Assembly: GCA_964016885.1 (NCBI GenBank) | Contig: OZ024742.1 | Span: 204,600,001-204,664,000, forward strand | Direction: 5' to 3' | DNA length: 64,000 nt | DNA from: Eledone cirrhosa | Taxonomy: Eukaryota | Shown: in pieces, positions 13,097-27,370 of the stretch | Numbering within the stretch: the stretch's first letter is position 1 | Layout of the letters: each line of letters starts with the position of its first letter | Notes under the pieces: model-generated | The model's database searches: none | The model's input: only the letters and a program-made list of their open reading frames with translations | Told to the model about the DNA's origin: nothing | Translations under genes and position numbers: made by a program

Positions 13097-14933
13097 TACT
13101 GTCCATATATCTTGAGAAAGGTCCCGGCTCTAAGGTGTCTGCATGTCCCGAAGAAGTCGGTTCTGGGGTTTATAAGGCCGCTTCCACCTCTTAGTATCTC
13201 GAGGGTCTCGTTCAGGCATAGTTTGCATATGCAAGATCCCCCTTTATCGGGTTGTACTTTCCTGATTATGTACCAGGCCAGAGAGCATGGGGTCCTGTCC
13301 AGCTTAAGCTTCCAGATCAGGTCGGAGAGAGCTGTGCTTTTCGTTTTGGCCTCCTTGAATGAATGGCGATGGTTGTACCAGCGGTCTTTAAAGCTCGTTG
13401 ATGTGGCTCCTATGTAGAGGTGTTCGGAGTTGGGTGTTTTAACCCTACAACCGTATACTAGATTCTTCTTGAGGCATTCATTACCAAGGGGGCATGATTC
13501 GGGGTTTCTGCAGTTGCAGAGGGTGGTCGGCCTCTGCGTGCCTAGATTAGTGTTCCCGTTATGTGTTACATGTTGGTCTTTCCCCAGGCTCGGTGGGGGG
13601 TCCTCGGGTCTGTTTGGGTTCTTGGGTGGGCTCTGGGTCCCCCCTTCCCTCCTTTCACATGGTTCTGCTGAGTGTTTGTATAGCCATCTTCAGGTTGTGT
13701 GTAGTTTTTAAGCCTACTTCTGTTGATGCTAGCTATGTGTTGGACCAAATTTCTCGTGGTGGAATACGAGAGCTTCACAGTGTGTCGGTTGAAGATCCTG
13801 TGGTATCTGTAGTCCCTCGGGAAGCATTTGTCAAGTGCTCCAAAGAATAATCGGGCCAAGCTTTTCTTTAGGGCCGCTGAGTAGGGTGGGTTGAACCACG
13901 TGATTTGTCGGTGTCTCATCCTATATGTGTGGGTCGGGGGCGTCGTGATTTGTTGGAGATTTGTTGGGTTGCTGGTGGTTTCCGCACTGTTGCTTCCCCT
14001 TTGGGCTCTATGCTTTTTGTTATCTTCGCGGCCCGAATTTGTGGGGTGGTCGTTGTACGCCCCAGGAGATCCATCGTGGGGTGGTCGCCCCCCCCCCCTA
14101 CGTGTCTTGCGGTTGGGGTCGTCTGTCCTGGGGTGGTTAGCGTCACGCCTGAGACTGCTACTCATATTGTGCTCCATCTCGTGGTCAAGCGCACTAGTCC
14201 CCACCGCCCGTGTGGTGGTGTCGGGCACATGGTTCCTATTTGATTCTGCTCTGCCTGTATTGTTAGGGCTCGCCCCCCCCCCCCGGGCAACGCGGTTGTG
14301 GGTGTCTGTTGGGCTATCCCCATCCCGGCTTTTCGGACTATATGTTATATTTTGGCCATGTGCCACCTTCTTTAGAGCTGCGTTGTAATATTCCGCGTGG
14401 TTATTGAATATTACCTTACTTGCGGACAGGCTGGAGATCCTGTCCGAGACACTCTTCACCACTGCCTTGGTTATGGATCTAGGGTGGTTTGATTTGGCGT
14501 TAACATATACGAGTTTCTCGTTGGGCTTGTGGTAGGGGTAGTATTGCTCGGTGTCCAGGTTTAGGGTGGTGTCTAGGAAGTTAACTACCTTCCTATTTGG
14601 GTCTATTTCTATGCTGAGCCCATGGTTCTTAAAGAAATGGCGAATACGCCTCCTCATACTCTCCAACATATTGGTGCTGTGGTTATGTACTGTGAATAGA
14701 GCATCGTCACAATATAATCCGCCGCCCAGGCAGGGGATTTCATCTTTTATCTGCTTCAGCAGGTAGAGCCCAACGAGGTCCGTTACCTGCGCTGAGTCGC
14801 TGGAGCCCATCGTGATGTCAAAGTTATTTGGCCAATCGCTCCTGGTCCAAAGGTCTCCATCGAAGCGGATTAAGGTCTTTCTTGCGGCGTGGATGATGCT
14901 CACCTCCTCTCGGGTTAGGTCCGTATTGAACAT
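13097..14933 (-). pseudogene. PLE reverse transcriptase plus GIY-YIG endonuclease (interrupted)
   Basis: DITMGS, YCDD, FLDTTL, SNHPRSI, WFNPPYS; then, translated by hand, CNCRNPESCPLGNECLKKNLVYGC..LYIGATSTSFKDRWYNH..CKLCLNE. Confidence 0.88.
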
Positions 14934-15002
14934 CCTAAAAATAGGGCCTTATTAAGTATTATATATATAGCAGTAATAAACGAAGCTAAATTTTAATCAT
15001 TT

Positions 15003-15120
<118 letters not shown>

Positions 15121-15971
15121 TATATATATAATATATATATATAATATATATATATAATATATATATATATATATAATATATATATATTATATATATCTAT
15201 AATATATATTATATATATATATATAATATATATATATATAATATATATATATAATATATATTATATATATATATATAATATATATATATAATATATATTA
15301 TATATATATATATAATATATATATATATAATATATATATATATATAATATAATAAATATTATATATATATATAATATATATATATATAATATATATATAT
15401 AATATAATATATATTATATATATATATATAATATATATATATATAATATAATATATATTATATATATATATAATATATATATAATATATATTATATATAT
15501 ATATAATATATATATAATATATATATATATAATATATATACAATATATATATATAATATATATATTATATATATATAATATATATATTATATATATATAA
15601 TATATATATAATATATATATATATATAATATATATATAATATATATATATATATAATATATATATAATATATATATATATAATATATATATATAATATAT
15701 ATATATATAATATATATATATAGATATAAAATATATATATATATAATATATATATTATATATATATATATAATATATATATATAATATATATATTATATA
15801 TATATAATATATATATAATATATATATAATATAGTTACGTCCCTTTACGATCTGAGTTCAAATCCCGCCGAGGTTGACTTTGCCTTTCATCCTTACGGGG
15901 TCGATAAAATAAAGTACCAGTAATGCACTTGGTAATTGCTGGCCTTGTGCCTAAAGTAGAAACAAATATAT

Positions 15972-16039
<68 letters not shown>

Positions 16040-16248
16040 ATATATATAATATATATATATAATATATGTATATATATATATATATAATATATATATATAT
16101 ATAATATATATATTATATATATATATATAATATATATATTATATATATATATAATATATATATATATAATATATATATTATATATATATAATATATATAT
16201 ATATATAATATATATATTATATATATATAATATATATATATATAATAT

Positions 16249-16280
<32 letters not shown>

Positions 16281-16626
16281 ATATATATATATATAATATA
16301 TATATATATATATAATATATATAATATATATATATATATTATATATATTATATATATATATATATTATATATATTATATATATATATATTATATATATTA
16401 TATATATATATTATATTATATATATTATATATATATATATATATTATATATATTATATATATATATATATTATATATATATATATATTATATATATATAT
16501 ATATTATATATATATATATATTATATATATATAATATATATTATATATATATATATTATATATATATAATATATATATTATATATATATATATTTATATA
16601 TTATATATATATATATATATAAAATA

Positions 16627-16679
<53 letters not shown>

Positions 16680-17138
16680 ATAATATATATATATATAATA
16701 TATATATATATATAATATATATATAATATATATATATATATATTATATATATTATATATATTATATATATATATTATATATATATATATATTATATATTA
16801 AACAAACATCCCGAATTAAGCCGTATAGTGTCTAGCAACCATCGTTGCTCATTTGTTCAAACAGAGGAACTAGTGCCTTCGTGGGCCCCTGATATATTCA
16901 AGAGATATATTCTAAAAAAATATATATCTTATCTCAATTTACTTTATTTTATTTCATTTTATTTTATTTCATTTCATGTTATCTAATTTTATTTATTTAC
17001 TTACTTGACTCCATTTATTTATTTATTTATTTATTTATTCATTTATTTATTTATCTATTTATTTATTTATATTTAAATTTAGATTTTAATTTTAAAATTT
17101 TAAAATTTTAATTTTAATTTTATTTATTTAATTAATTT

Positions 17139-17186
<48 letters not shown>

Positions 17187-17783
17187 TTACATTTATTTAC
17201 ATTTAATTACATTTAATTATACATATAATTATAATTATACATTTGATTTTAATTATATCTTATATTATATTATTTTAATTTAGTCTATGTTATTTGATTT
17301 TAGTTTACCTTATTTTATCTTATTTTACGATTATACTATATTATGTTCTATGTATATAATTTTTAATTTTTAATTTTATATTATTTTATCTCATTCCTTA
17401 CCCTATATTTTATATTTTATATGTAAGTTTGTTATGTATTTCTTTGTATTTCTTTTTATATATATTATAAGTCTGTTTTTTACCTATTTTTTACCTATTT
17501 TTTACCTACTCTTACCTAATCCCATTATCTTATCTACTCTTGTCTGTTCTCTTATCCATGTGTCTACTCTTGTCTGTTCTCTTATCCATGTGTATGCTTG
17601 TATGTAACTATATGTTGACAGCACACCGCCCAACTGTGACTGATAGCACCCCTTATTTTTATTTTTATTTTTATTTTTACTTTTATTTTTATTTTTATTC
17701 TTATCCTCTATCATCTATTATTACCTTTCATTCTTCAATGTCTTGGATTTGTTATTGCTTGTATGGTATGTAATTAACCTTTA

Positions 17784-17829
17784 TGCTCTGATGAGTCCCA
17801 CTTATAGTGCGGATGAAACAATGTTAGCA
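17784..17829 (+). ncRNA. Type I hammerhead at the 3' end of non-coding element 16800-17870; sister copy 48394-48438 (-)
   Basis: tgct-CTGATGA-gtcc cac ttata gtg cggat-GAAA-caatg-TT-agca. Confidence 0.8.
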
Positions 17830-17910
17830 AGTAAAGATATGCATATGCTATAAGCGTTCTTTGTTATTTATTTATTATATATATATATATTATATATATA
17901 TATATTATAT

Positions 17911-17952
<42 letters not shown>

Positions 17953-18042
17953 ATATTATATATATATATATAATATATATATATATTATATATATATATA
18001 TATTATATATATATATATTATATATATATATATATATTATAT

Positions 18043-19548
18043 ATATCACGATAAATTAACGGAGGCATAGGCCGTCGTTATTCCCTGTAAATAATGTGCT
18101 CAAAGGGGAGATCCTGAGCCCTTTAAAATATAATATGTTGAGAAGGTAACACACCAGAGAGAGATATATAGTGTGTTATCAATAATACAGGGAAAAAAAC
18201 CACCAGTGTATGGAATCTATAACCTATGAAAGGCAGACTATAGACATGATAATTAAAAATATAAATTAAAGCGTAAATAAATACCTCTATAACTATATAA
18301 CACACGTACAAATCCAAAGATATGTTTCACAAAAAAATTTGTTGAAAGAAATGGTTTAGTCTCGGTTCATCAGCGTGTGTAAGGCCATACATTTCAGACA
18401 ACACTAAGAGAATTTTACAATTGACTGTCCAGCTATACGTGGGAGAGAGAAGTCACAGCGTGTTTACGGGCAGTGAACCAGTGGATCTCTTCCCCTTTGA
18501 CCACATTATTTACAGGGAATAACGACGGCCTATGCCTCCGTTAATTTATCGTGATATTTCGCTCCTAATAACAGTCTTTCCATCTCTGTTTGGTTGAGCA
18601 CACTTCTCTGAGTGGCTTTGGGCTGCCCTTTCTAGCAGTTCGTCTCTCAGAGGCCACTGGTTCACTGCCCTTAAACACGCTGTGACTTCTCTCTCCCACG
18701 TGTAGCTGGACAGTCAATTGTAAAATTCTCTTAGTGTTGTCTGAAATGTATGGCCTTACACACGCTGATGAACCGAGACTAGACCATTTCTTTCAACAAA
18801 TTTTTTGGTGAAACATATCTTTGGATTTGTACATGTGTTATATAGTTATAGAGGTATTTATTTACGCTTTAATTTATATTTTTAATTATCGTGTCTATAG
18901 TCTGCCTTTCATGGGTTATAGATTCCATACACTGGTGGGTTTTTTCCCTGTATTATTGATAACACACTATATATATCTCTCTCGTGTGTTACCTTCGCAA
19001 CATATTATATTTTAAAGGGCTCAGGATCTCTTCCCCTTTGAGCACATTATTTACAGGGAATAACGACGGCCTATGCCTCCGTTAATTTATCGTGATATTT
19101 CGCTCCTAATAACAGTCTTTCCATCTCTGTTTGGTTGAGCACACTTCTCTGAGTGGCTTTGGGCTGCCCTTTCTAGCAGTTCGTCTCTCAGATTCCACTG
19201 GTTCACTGCCCTTAAACACGCTGTGACTTCTCTCTCCCACGTGGAGCTGGACAGTCAATTGTAAAATTCTCTTAGTGTTGTCTGAAATGTATGGCCTTAC
19301 ACACGCTGATGAACCGAGACTAGACCATTTCTTTCAACAAATTTTTTGGTGAAACATATCTTTGGATTTGTACGTGTGTTATATAGTTATAGAGGTATTT
19401 ATTTACGCTTTAATTTATATTTTTAATTATCGTGTCTATAGTCTGCCTTTCATAGGTTATAGATTCCATACACTGGTGGTTTTTTTCCCTGTATTATTGA
19501 TAACACACTATATATCTCTCTCTCGTGTGTTACCTTCTCAACATATTA
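18043..19548. mobile_element. Retrozyme-like 541-bp repeat: about 0.8 unit inverted plus about 2 direct units
   Basis: 18483-19023 is repeated at +541. 18043-18484 is its reverse complement. One HHR per unit. Confidence 0.85.
19299..19379 (+). ncRNA. Type I hammerhead ribozyme (copies 18758-18838 on +, 18300-18380 on -)
   Basis: acacacg-CTGATGA-acc...ggt-GAAA-ca tatc tttg gatt tg-TA-cgtgtgt: perfect 7-bp stem I, GUA site. Confidence 0.88.
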
Positions 19549-19868
19549 TATATTATATATATATACATTATATATATATATTATATATATATATATTATA
19601 TATATATATATTATATATATATATATAATATATATTATATATATCTATATATATATATAGTAAATATATATATATTATATATATATATATATATTATATA
19701 TATATATATAATATATATTATATATATATATAATATATATATAATATATATATATATATATTATATATATCGTTAACTACTTTTCCTATCAGAATGAACT
19801 CATGAAAAGATTCGAAGGAAACACCATAAGAAATATACAGACCCGGCGCATAGATGTACCAGCTATAG

Positions 19869-20045
19869 CAGGCATGTCAAATATGCGGCCCGCAGGCCAC
19901 ATTCGGCCCTTTGCAAGCACACCTGGGGCCCCCACAAAGGTTTTTACAGCGCGAGCATGTTTTATCTTCATAATATAAGATTTCAAAAATTAGTTGTAAT
20001 GTGCACAATTAGTTGTCGTGTGTGGCCCTCAGACAACACTTTTTC
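19869..20045. mobile_element. hAT (Charlie/MER30-like) MITE remnant
   Basis: caggcatgtcaaa..tgcggcccgcaggccaca terminus and gtgtggccc..agacaa subterminal motif. Confidence 0.6.
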
Positions 20046-20391
20046 TTTTTTTTTTTTTTCCTTCTTTCTTTTTTCACTTCTTTCCCTTTAATATTTTTTT
20101 TTTTAATCTCTACCTTTTTATTCACTTTTTATCTCTTCATATTATCTTCCTTTTACTTTTTTATTATGTTTTAACCATTGTTTCTATTTTTTTATTTTGT
20201 GTGCCATCAATTGTATCTGCATCTTGTGAGATCTGCTTGTGCCCTAGCATTTAGCTGTGGTGCTTAACAACCCAGCATGTACTCTCTCCTTATTTGCCAT
20301 CTCCGATCTCCCTATCTTTACCCTCTATTGTATTCCGATTGTTCGTGTGACTAAGCTTGGTAGAGCTTATACTCAGCACTGTGTTTATTAA

Positions 20392-20436
20392 GCTCTGATG
20401 TTTCCTACCCAACGGTATGGATGAAACATTGTAAGC
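20392..20436 (+). ncRNA. Degenerate hammerhead in PLE-like tail (about 20050-20600)
   Basis: gct-CTGATGT-ttcc tacc caac ggta tggat-GAAA-cattg-TA-agc, then AATAAA and CATTGAG. Confidence 0.65.
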
Positions 20437-21702
20437 AAATAAAAACTGTTTGATTATGTAAGCGTTCTTTGGTTTCTTTTACATATAACGACTCTGTTCT
20501 CGTACATTGAGCAAATACAATACCGTCAAAATATAACACGGTGCGTGTGTGTTTATACACATGCACTCCGTGCTATTCGTACGTAAATAAATACTTATAT
20601 ACGTATAGAAATTACATGAATCAAAGTTCTGTTCAAATCATTTATTCGCTTACAATTGTTTCTTCCAAACCGAGGTTTGGAGTCTTCGGAGCAATTTTTC
20701 AATGATTGTTTACATACATGACCTCCTTTCCAACACAAGAGACATACAGAAACTTATGTATACGTTGATGCACAGTGGGTTGACATCCATTATAATATTT
20801 TAGCATGGCAATTTACATTCAAAGATTAAAGTCATATTAAAAGAAAACAAAAATAAAGTTAAAATACAGTTAAAATACAACATTGGCAGTTTACGAAGAT
20901 AATGCAAGAGGATAGTTAGAAGTAGTTAGTGTATGCAATAGTTACACGTGGGGCATGCATGTGTGTTTTATTTATATAAGATTATAGTGCGGCAGGGTGT
21001 TATATGTAATACAAGCACTTTAAGCGGGCAATCAAGAGTATTATGGGGGTTGTATTGGTAATGTATTTTTTATATGTATGATATAGAAGCTTGTGTGCAG
21101 AGAAATATTAAAAATATTAAAAATGAGAAGCAAAACAATGTTATGGTTTTCGTATACACCACCATTTTCACAATCCAGGAAACGTAATATATAGATTATA
21201 TGTCCTTCACATAATCTACGATGATTCAATATTGGATGCTTGATGAATTATGTTAGAATATTATAGCTTGTTGTTCTTTAATCCAATTTTATAGAGCAGG
21301 TTGTTTTTGTTGCGAGAATTAACATCGTATTATTTTCCGGAAGTGTGTGTGTGATTAAGGGGAGTTAATGCGTGAGGGGAGGTAATAAGCTGATTTCTAT
21401 AACTAAATTTATTATCCTAATGTACATTAAATGGTGTCTCAAATGAGTCTCTATCATATAAGGTTATAAACAGTTTCTAAATTTAAGTATCCTATCTATA
21501 AATTACAGTGTAGTCTATCAAGAGGTACTAAAGGTGTTCATATTAGGATGATTACCCTCTATCATAGAGTGCCACAACCGAATATTCCACATGAAGAGCC
21601 AGATCCCCAAATCAATGATCTTTGTAAGTGTAGTCTACCCGCAGAACCTTCACTTCTACTTATAGACTATAAAAATTCAATATAGAAAGAACTAGAAAAC
21701 TA

Positions 21703-23035
21703 TTGCACAAGACATTCAAAAACTATAACCTTAGTATCACCATGGACAAAAACACTAAAAAGGTTAACTTCCTGTACGCCACCCTCTGCCTAGACTCAAA
21801 GATATATACACCTTTCCATAAACCTAACGAAAAACTCATTTACGTAGATACCAAGTCTAACCACCCTAGATCAATATTAAACTCTATCTCTAAGGGAGTA
21901 TCCAATAGAATCTCTAATCTATCATATGACGTAAACATATTTAGCAAAAACTCGCAATATTATAATCAGGCATTAGCTAGATCAGGCCATAATATAGAGA
22001 TCGAGTTCCTACCTACAAAAACACATAGCTACAACATTATTTCGCACAATATGTCCATGAGGAAATTTAGTAATAAGAATAGCAACCACACACACACTAA
22101 TACGGAGGATGCCATCAAAAGTAACCCACACCACAGAAATTACCATAGTACCATACAAAGAAACAACTCACCAGACATAAAAAACAAAAATAGAAGAAGA
22201 AATAATACATTTTTCAACCCTCCTTTCAATCTAAACGTCTCTACCAACCTACCTAGGGCTTTCTTCTCACTACTAGATAAAAACTTCCCATCTGGCCACA
22301 AGTACCATAGCCTTTTAAACAAAAAGACTATTAAAATCTCCTACTCTACTACGCCTAACATAGCATACCACATAGCTAGTAGCAATAAAAGAAAAATTAA
22401 TTCTTACTTCCAACAAACTAAATCACAACAGACGATAAACCTTCAAAATAACATTATATCAACTAACCCTAATAACAATAGAAATAATAGTAATAGCACT
22501 AGTGTAAGCAATAACGCTGGGAAAGACAACCCCCATAACCATAATCCTATAGCTACCATCCAGACTTCTACACAACATAATAACCGGCAGACTAACACCC
22601 AGAATAATTGTAACTGTAGATCAAATAGAACCTGCCCTTTAGATAAAAAATACTTAATCAAGGATATCATATACTCATGCACCGTCACAACTAGCAACTC
22701 TTCTAAAACCTATATAGGCTCTACTTCAAACTGCTTCAAAACCAGATACAATTCGCACCTCCACTCTTTCAAAAAACAGTCTAGCCAACTCCACTTCACT
22801 ATCTAGCTACATACACTATCTAAAAACTAAAAATAAATCTTATACACTTAAATGGGAAGTGATAGGTAACGCGACATCGTACAAACCACCTAATAAATTT
22901 TGTAACCTCTGTCTACTAGAGACCCATACTATTATCTTCTCAAACCATAACCTCCTTAATAAAAAATCAGAAGTGTTCGCGTCTTGCCAGCACCGCTTCC
23001 GACACTCCTTCCAAAACTTTAAACCCAATATATAA
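21703..23035 (+). pseudogene. PLE RT thumb, linker and GIY-YIG endonuclease remnant
   Basis: FHKPNEKLIYV..SNHPRSI, FFNPPFN, KISYSTTPN, CNCRSNRTCPL..IIYSC..TYIGSTSNCFKTRYNSH; frameshift near 22780. Confidence 0.88.
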
Positions 23036-24514
23036 CAATGTCAAACTTGAACCCGTCACCACCTCTAGCAACAAACCTCAAGGGCACACCTTACACCACA
23101 TCTCCACACTCATTGATCCACTTTAACACAAATAGTGACATCCTTCTTGAACCTTTTACCCTAGAGATATCCCCATGTACATCTACTTTTTATATATTTG
23201 CCTTCAATTACTTAGACTACATTACACCACTATATAATTAATGTAAACTTTAAACACTGAATTGGTTGTGCTAATGTTGTTCTGTGTATAGAGTACCTTC
23301 ATTGGATAAATGGAAGATTAATTAATTTATTAACATAAAAGAGCTATATAACCTATATGCTGCGTGCAATGAATTATGTACAAGTGATGTATGAGTTATA
23401 CATACATGTATGACTTGATGGTCAGATTAGTGACATTGTAAGTGAGAATTGATCTCTGGTCTACCCTAGTGATATTTAACTTTGCCATGCAATCAGACAT
23501 GCACTGACCCAGAGCTTACCAGGAGTTGTATATAGAAGTGATTCTAATAAAACCCTGCCAGGTTCTGCGGGTAGACTACACTTACAAAGATCATTGATTT
23601 GGGGATCTGGCTCTTCATGTGGAATATTCGGTTGTGGCACTCTATGATAGAGGGTAATCATCCTAATATGAACACCTTTAGTACTTCTTGATAGACTACA
23701 CTGTAATTTATAGATAGGATACTTAAATTTAGAAACTGTTTATAACCTTATATGATAGAGACTCATTTGAGACACCATTTAATGTACATTAGGATAATAA
23801 ATTTAGTTATAGAAATCAGCTTATTACCTCCCCTCACGCATTAACTCCCCTTAATCACACACACACTTCCGGAAAATAATACGATGTTAATTCTCGCAAC
23901 AAAAACAACCTGCTCTATAAAATTGGATTAAAGAACAACAAGCTATAATATTCTAACATAATTCATCAAGCATCCAATATTGAATCATCGTAGATTATGT
24001 GAAGGACATATAATCTATATATTACGTTTCCTGGATTGTGAAAATGGTGGTGTATACGAAAACCATAACATTGTTTTGCTTCTCATTTTTAATATTTTTA
24101 ATATTTCTCTGCACACAAGCTTCTATATCATACATATAAAAAATACATTACCAATACAACCCCCATAATACTCTTGATTGCCCGCTTAAAGTGCTTGTAT
24201 TACATATAACACCCTGCCTCACTATAATCTTATATAAATAAGACACACATGCATGCCCCACGTGTAACTATTGCATACACTAACTACTTCTAACTATCCT
24301 CTTGCATTATCTTCGTAAACTGCCAATGTTGTATTTTAACTGTATTTTAACTTTATTTTTGTTTTCTTTTAATATGACTTTAATCTTTGAATGTAAATTG
24401 CCATGCTAAAATATTATAATGGATGTCAACCCACTGTGCATCAACATATACATATGTTTCTGTATGTCTCTTGTGTTGGAAAGGAGGCCATGTATGTAAA
24501 CAATCATTGAAAAA

Positions 24515-24563
24515 TTGCTCCGAAGACTCCAAACCTCGGTTTGGAAGAAACAATTGTAAGCGA
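24515..24563 (+). ncRNA. Type I hammerhead in the PLE pseudo-LTR (inverted copy 20646-20694)
   Basis: ttgct-CCGAAGA-c tccaaacc tc ggtttgga a-GAAA-caattg-TA-agcga, then AATAAA. Confidence 0.8.
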
Positions 24564-24834
24564 ATAAATGATTTGAACAGAACTTTGATTCATGTAATTT
24601 CTATATAACTGCTCTGTAGAACAACTGATGTTATTATATTGAGCTATTTATCTTACTGGTAATAAGGTAGTAATAAATTACTGTCTTTCACTATTTAGGG
24701 TTTAAAATATATATAACTATAAAAGGTTTTAGTATATACATAACCATAAATAGTATCCTTAATACTTATATACATATACATTTATATTTATACGTTTACA
24801 TTTATATATATATACATATACATATATGAATATA

Positions 24835-24965
24835 CTAGCAAATTTCTTGATGTTACAAACCGTAGCCTATTTTGGCTATGTGTTTAATTTGACAGAGATG
24901 GATGGAATATTTTCCAAGTGAAACTCTTTTACACACACACACAGAACGGGAATTATATATATAGA
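24835..24965 (-). mobile_element. Possible 131-bp mini-Helitron
   Basis: Reverse complement reads a|TCtatatatataa...CTAG|t, like the termini of 43870-45989; the 3' hairpin is decayed. Confidence 0.45.
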
Positions 24966-26149
24966 TGTACATCTATATATTTTTGCATTTGTACATACAA
25001 ACATATGCATTTATATCACAAACGGTTTGTTTTTTCTTAATTTTTCTTTTAATTGAGTCTGGCAGACCTTTTTGTTTATAGTTAGTATACTGTTCAACCT
25101 AGCAAATTTTGGTCCCTTATAATCTGAATACAGATGTGTATATATCTGTGTTTTTCTCTCTTTATATTGAATTATATTACACGGCCGGAAATGTTTTTCC
25201 TTGAACTAATTTTAATTGAAAGGGACCTTAATGAGTTTCTAACTCAATATATTATACTTTGATATATGCACATATATGCATTTATACATATGCCTTTATA
25301 CACACATGCATATGCATTTATGCATATACACATGCATTTATACATATAGACATACACATTTATGTTAAAAACTTATATACGTTTATACATATATATTTAT
25401 ATATGAGTGTATGCTTGTTTGTAAGGGTCTACATGGATGCATGTGTGTACGTGTGTCTGTGTGTGCATCTATACATATATATATATTCACGTGTTTGTAT
25501 ATAGACATATGTGTGTGTTTGTGTGTGTGGGTGTGTGTTGATGCATGTACACATATATAGGTGATGACATGTATATATATAGAGACGTGAGCCTATTCAT
25601 GTCTGAATCAACATACACAAACACACAACACAAACACCTACACACACATACACAAACACACAACACAAACACCTACACACACATACACAAACACATACAC
25701 ACAAACAGAGACACACTCATGCACACACAAACATACGCACACACTAAGTTGTACCACACCTTCTGAACTGGAAATATACACAATTCAAGTAAGACTTGTT
25801 GTGTACGTGGTCCCTTGACTCCCCGGACGAGGTCATCTCGCCTGAGGGAAGAACCTCGGGAAGGTGGAAGGGTTGATACAGCGTATATCGCTGGCTGTTT
25901 TCCCCGGTAACACTTTCACCAGTTTGTGTGCGGAGTGCAGCTAGGATATGACATTAAGCCAAGGGTGTAGAGTTTGTCCACCCCATCTCTATAAACTTTC
26001 ATTTTGTCACTGTACTAACGTATTGTTAAAAGTAAAATAAAATTTAGTGTTAAAGGGAAAAATTCAAAATAGAAAAACAATCATAAAAACACTTTTTTTT
26101 TTTTAGTATTGATTTGTTTGATTTTTTTTTAAAAAGGGAAGGAATAAAA

Positions 26150-26420
26150 ATTGCGAAAGGAATACAAGCGGCTGAATCGAGGTTCATCTGAAGGGTCTTT
26201 ACAGTAATGCTACTCGATAGAGTACGTAGCTTGGAAATCAGGGAGACTCTCCAGCTACAACCGCTACTTCTTTGCAATATAGCCTCGGACGTCTGGATAG
26301 AATGTCTAAGGAAAGAATCTCTAGACAGATTTTATGAGCAGAGCACCAGGCAGGAGACCTAGAGGTTGAATATGAGCAAGATAGTTGGATGACATCTATA
26401 CGTTTTATTGGTCTCGGTTG
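26150..26420 (+). pseudogene. Degraded RTE-type LINE C-terminal fragment
   Basis: IQAAESRF..LLDRVRSLEIRETLQLQPLL..RMSKERISRQIL..GRRPRG. Confidence 0.55.
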
Positions 26421-26599
26421 CAGATACAGCCGGATGGGGCCAGCTTTAAGGCGTGTCTATGGACTTTGCCCCCACGACCCTCCGAAGAATAAAGAAGAAA
26501 AAGAAAAAAGAAAAAGAAAACAGAAAAAGAAAAGAAAAAGGAAGAGGAAAAAAAAAAGAAAAAGAAAAAGAGGAAAAAGAAAAGAAAAAGAAAAAGAAA

Positions 26600-27370
26600 A
26601 AGACGCCATCCAATAAAGTTTTTTGTGGGGTGGAGTGGGGAGGGGGGCAGTGAAGTGAGAGATTCCTAGTCTTCATTAAGACATCTCTCTAGGAGAAGGT
26701 CACTCTGATATAAAACCTACGACTTCGTTTGCATCCAATGATGTAGACCAGTTCTACTTTTTGGGTAAATGCAATCGATGGTCAGAGAGTGGGATTGACT
26801 TCGTTCAAAGCCTTTCTTCACTTAAAAAACCTTCAAGCATAGGCATCTCTTCATATCTGACATCTTAAGTATCAAGCGATAGCATTACTCGAAATCGAGT
26901 TGCAGCCATCCTATATGTATTATGCATGTATATACGTATGTATGCATGCACGTATGTATGATATATTATGTATGTACGTATGCACGTATGTATAATATAT
27001 GTATGTATGACATTATGTATGTACGTATGCACGTATGTATGCGTGTACGCATGTATATATTATGCGTGTATGTATGCATGTATGCATTATACGTTGCGCG
27101 GGGACATAGAAATAATGGAGCTGGATACCCGATCGCGCGGTTAAACCACTGGGAGTGAAAGACTCCTAGCCTTTATCTAGGCATTCTTCTAGGAGAAGGC
27201 AACTCAGAAAACTGGGATAATTCCGATATAAAACTTTCGGCTCAGTAGTTACTGATGATGTTGATATTTTCTTCTTTTGGGGTTAGAGTTACTGTATCTC
27301 AGAGAGTGGGATTGGCTCAGTGCACAGTTTTTCCTCACTTAAAAAAAATCTTCATGCACAGGCATTGCAC
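26600..27370 (+). mobile_element. Old diverged copies of the RTE-derived SINE (26600-26912, 27150-27370; also 31775-32295)
   Basis: Share ctaggagaagg..actc..atataaaac and gagtgggatt; the first copy ends tactcgaaatcgagttgcagccat plus (TATG)n. Confidence 0.65.

Larger units (their letters stand above)
20604..24767 (+). mobile_element. 5'-truncated Penelope-like element with about 1.05-kb inverted pseudo-LTR
   Basis: 20604-21649 is the reverse complement of 23560-24605. Coding remnant 21650-23035; tail 24606-24767. Confidence 0.9.

Noticed and set aside
20604-24605. Inverted repeats as assembly or amplification chimeras, or as DNA-transposon TIRs
   Set aside because: Arms differ by substitutions, the endpoint recurs in an independent copy (2862), and the enclosed ORF is PLE RT/GIY-YIG rather than a transposase
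26389-26676. Lys/Arg/Glu-rich ORFs
   Set aside because: Translation of an (AAAAG)n purine tract
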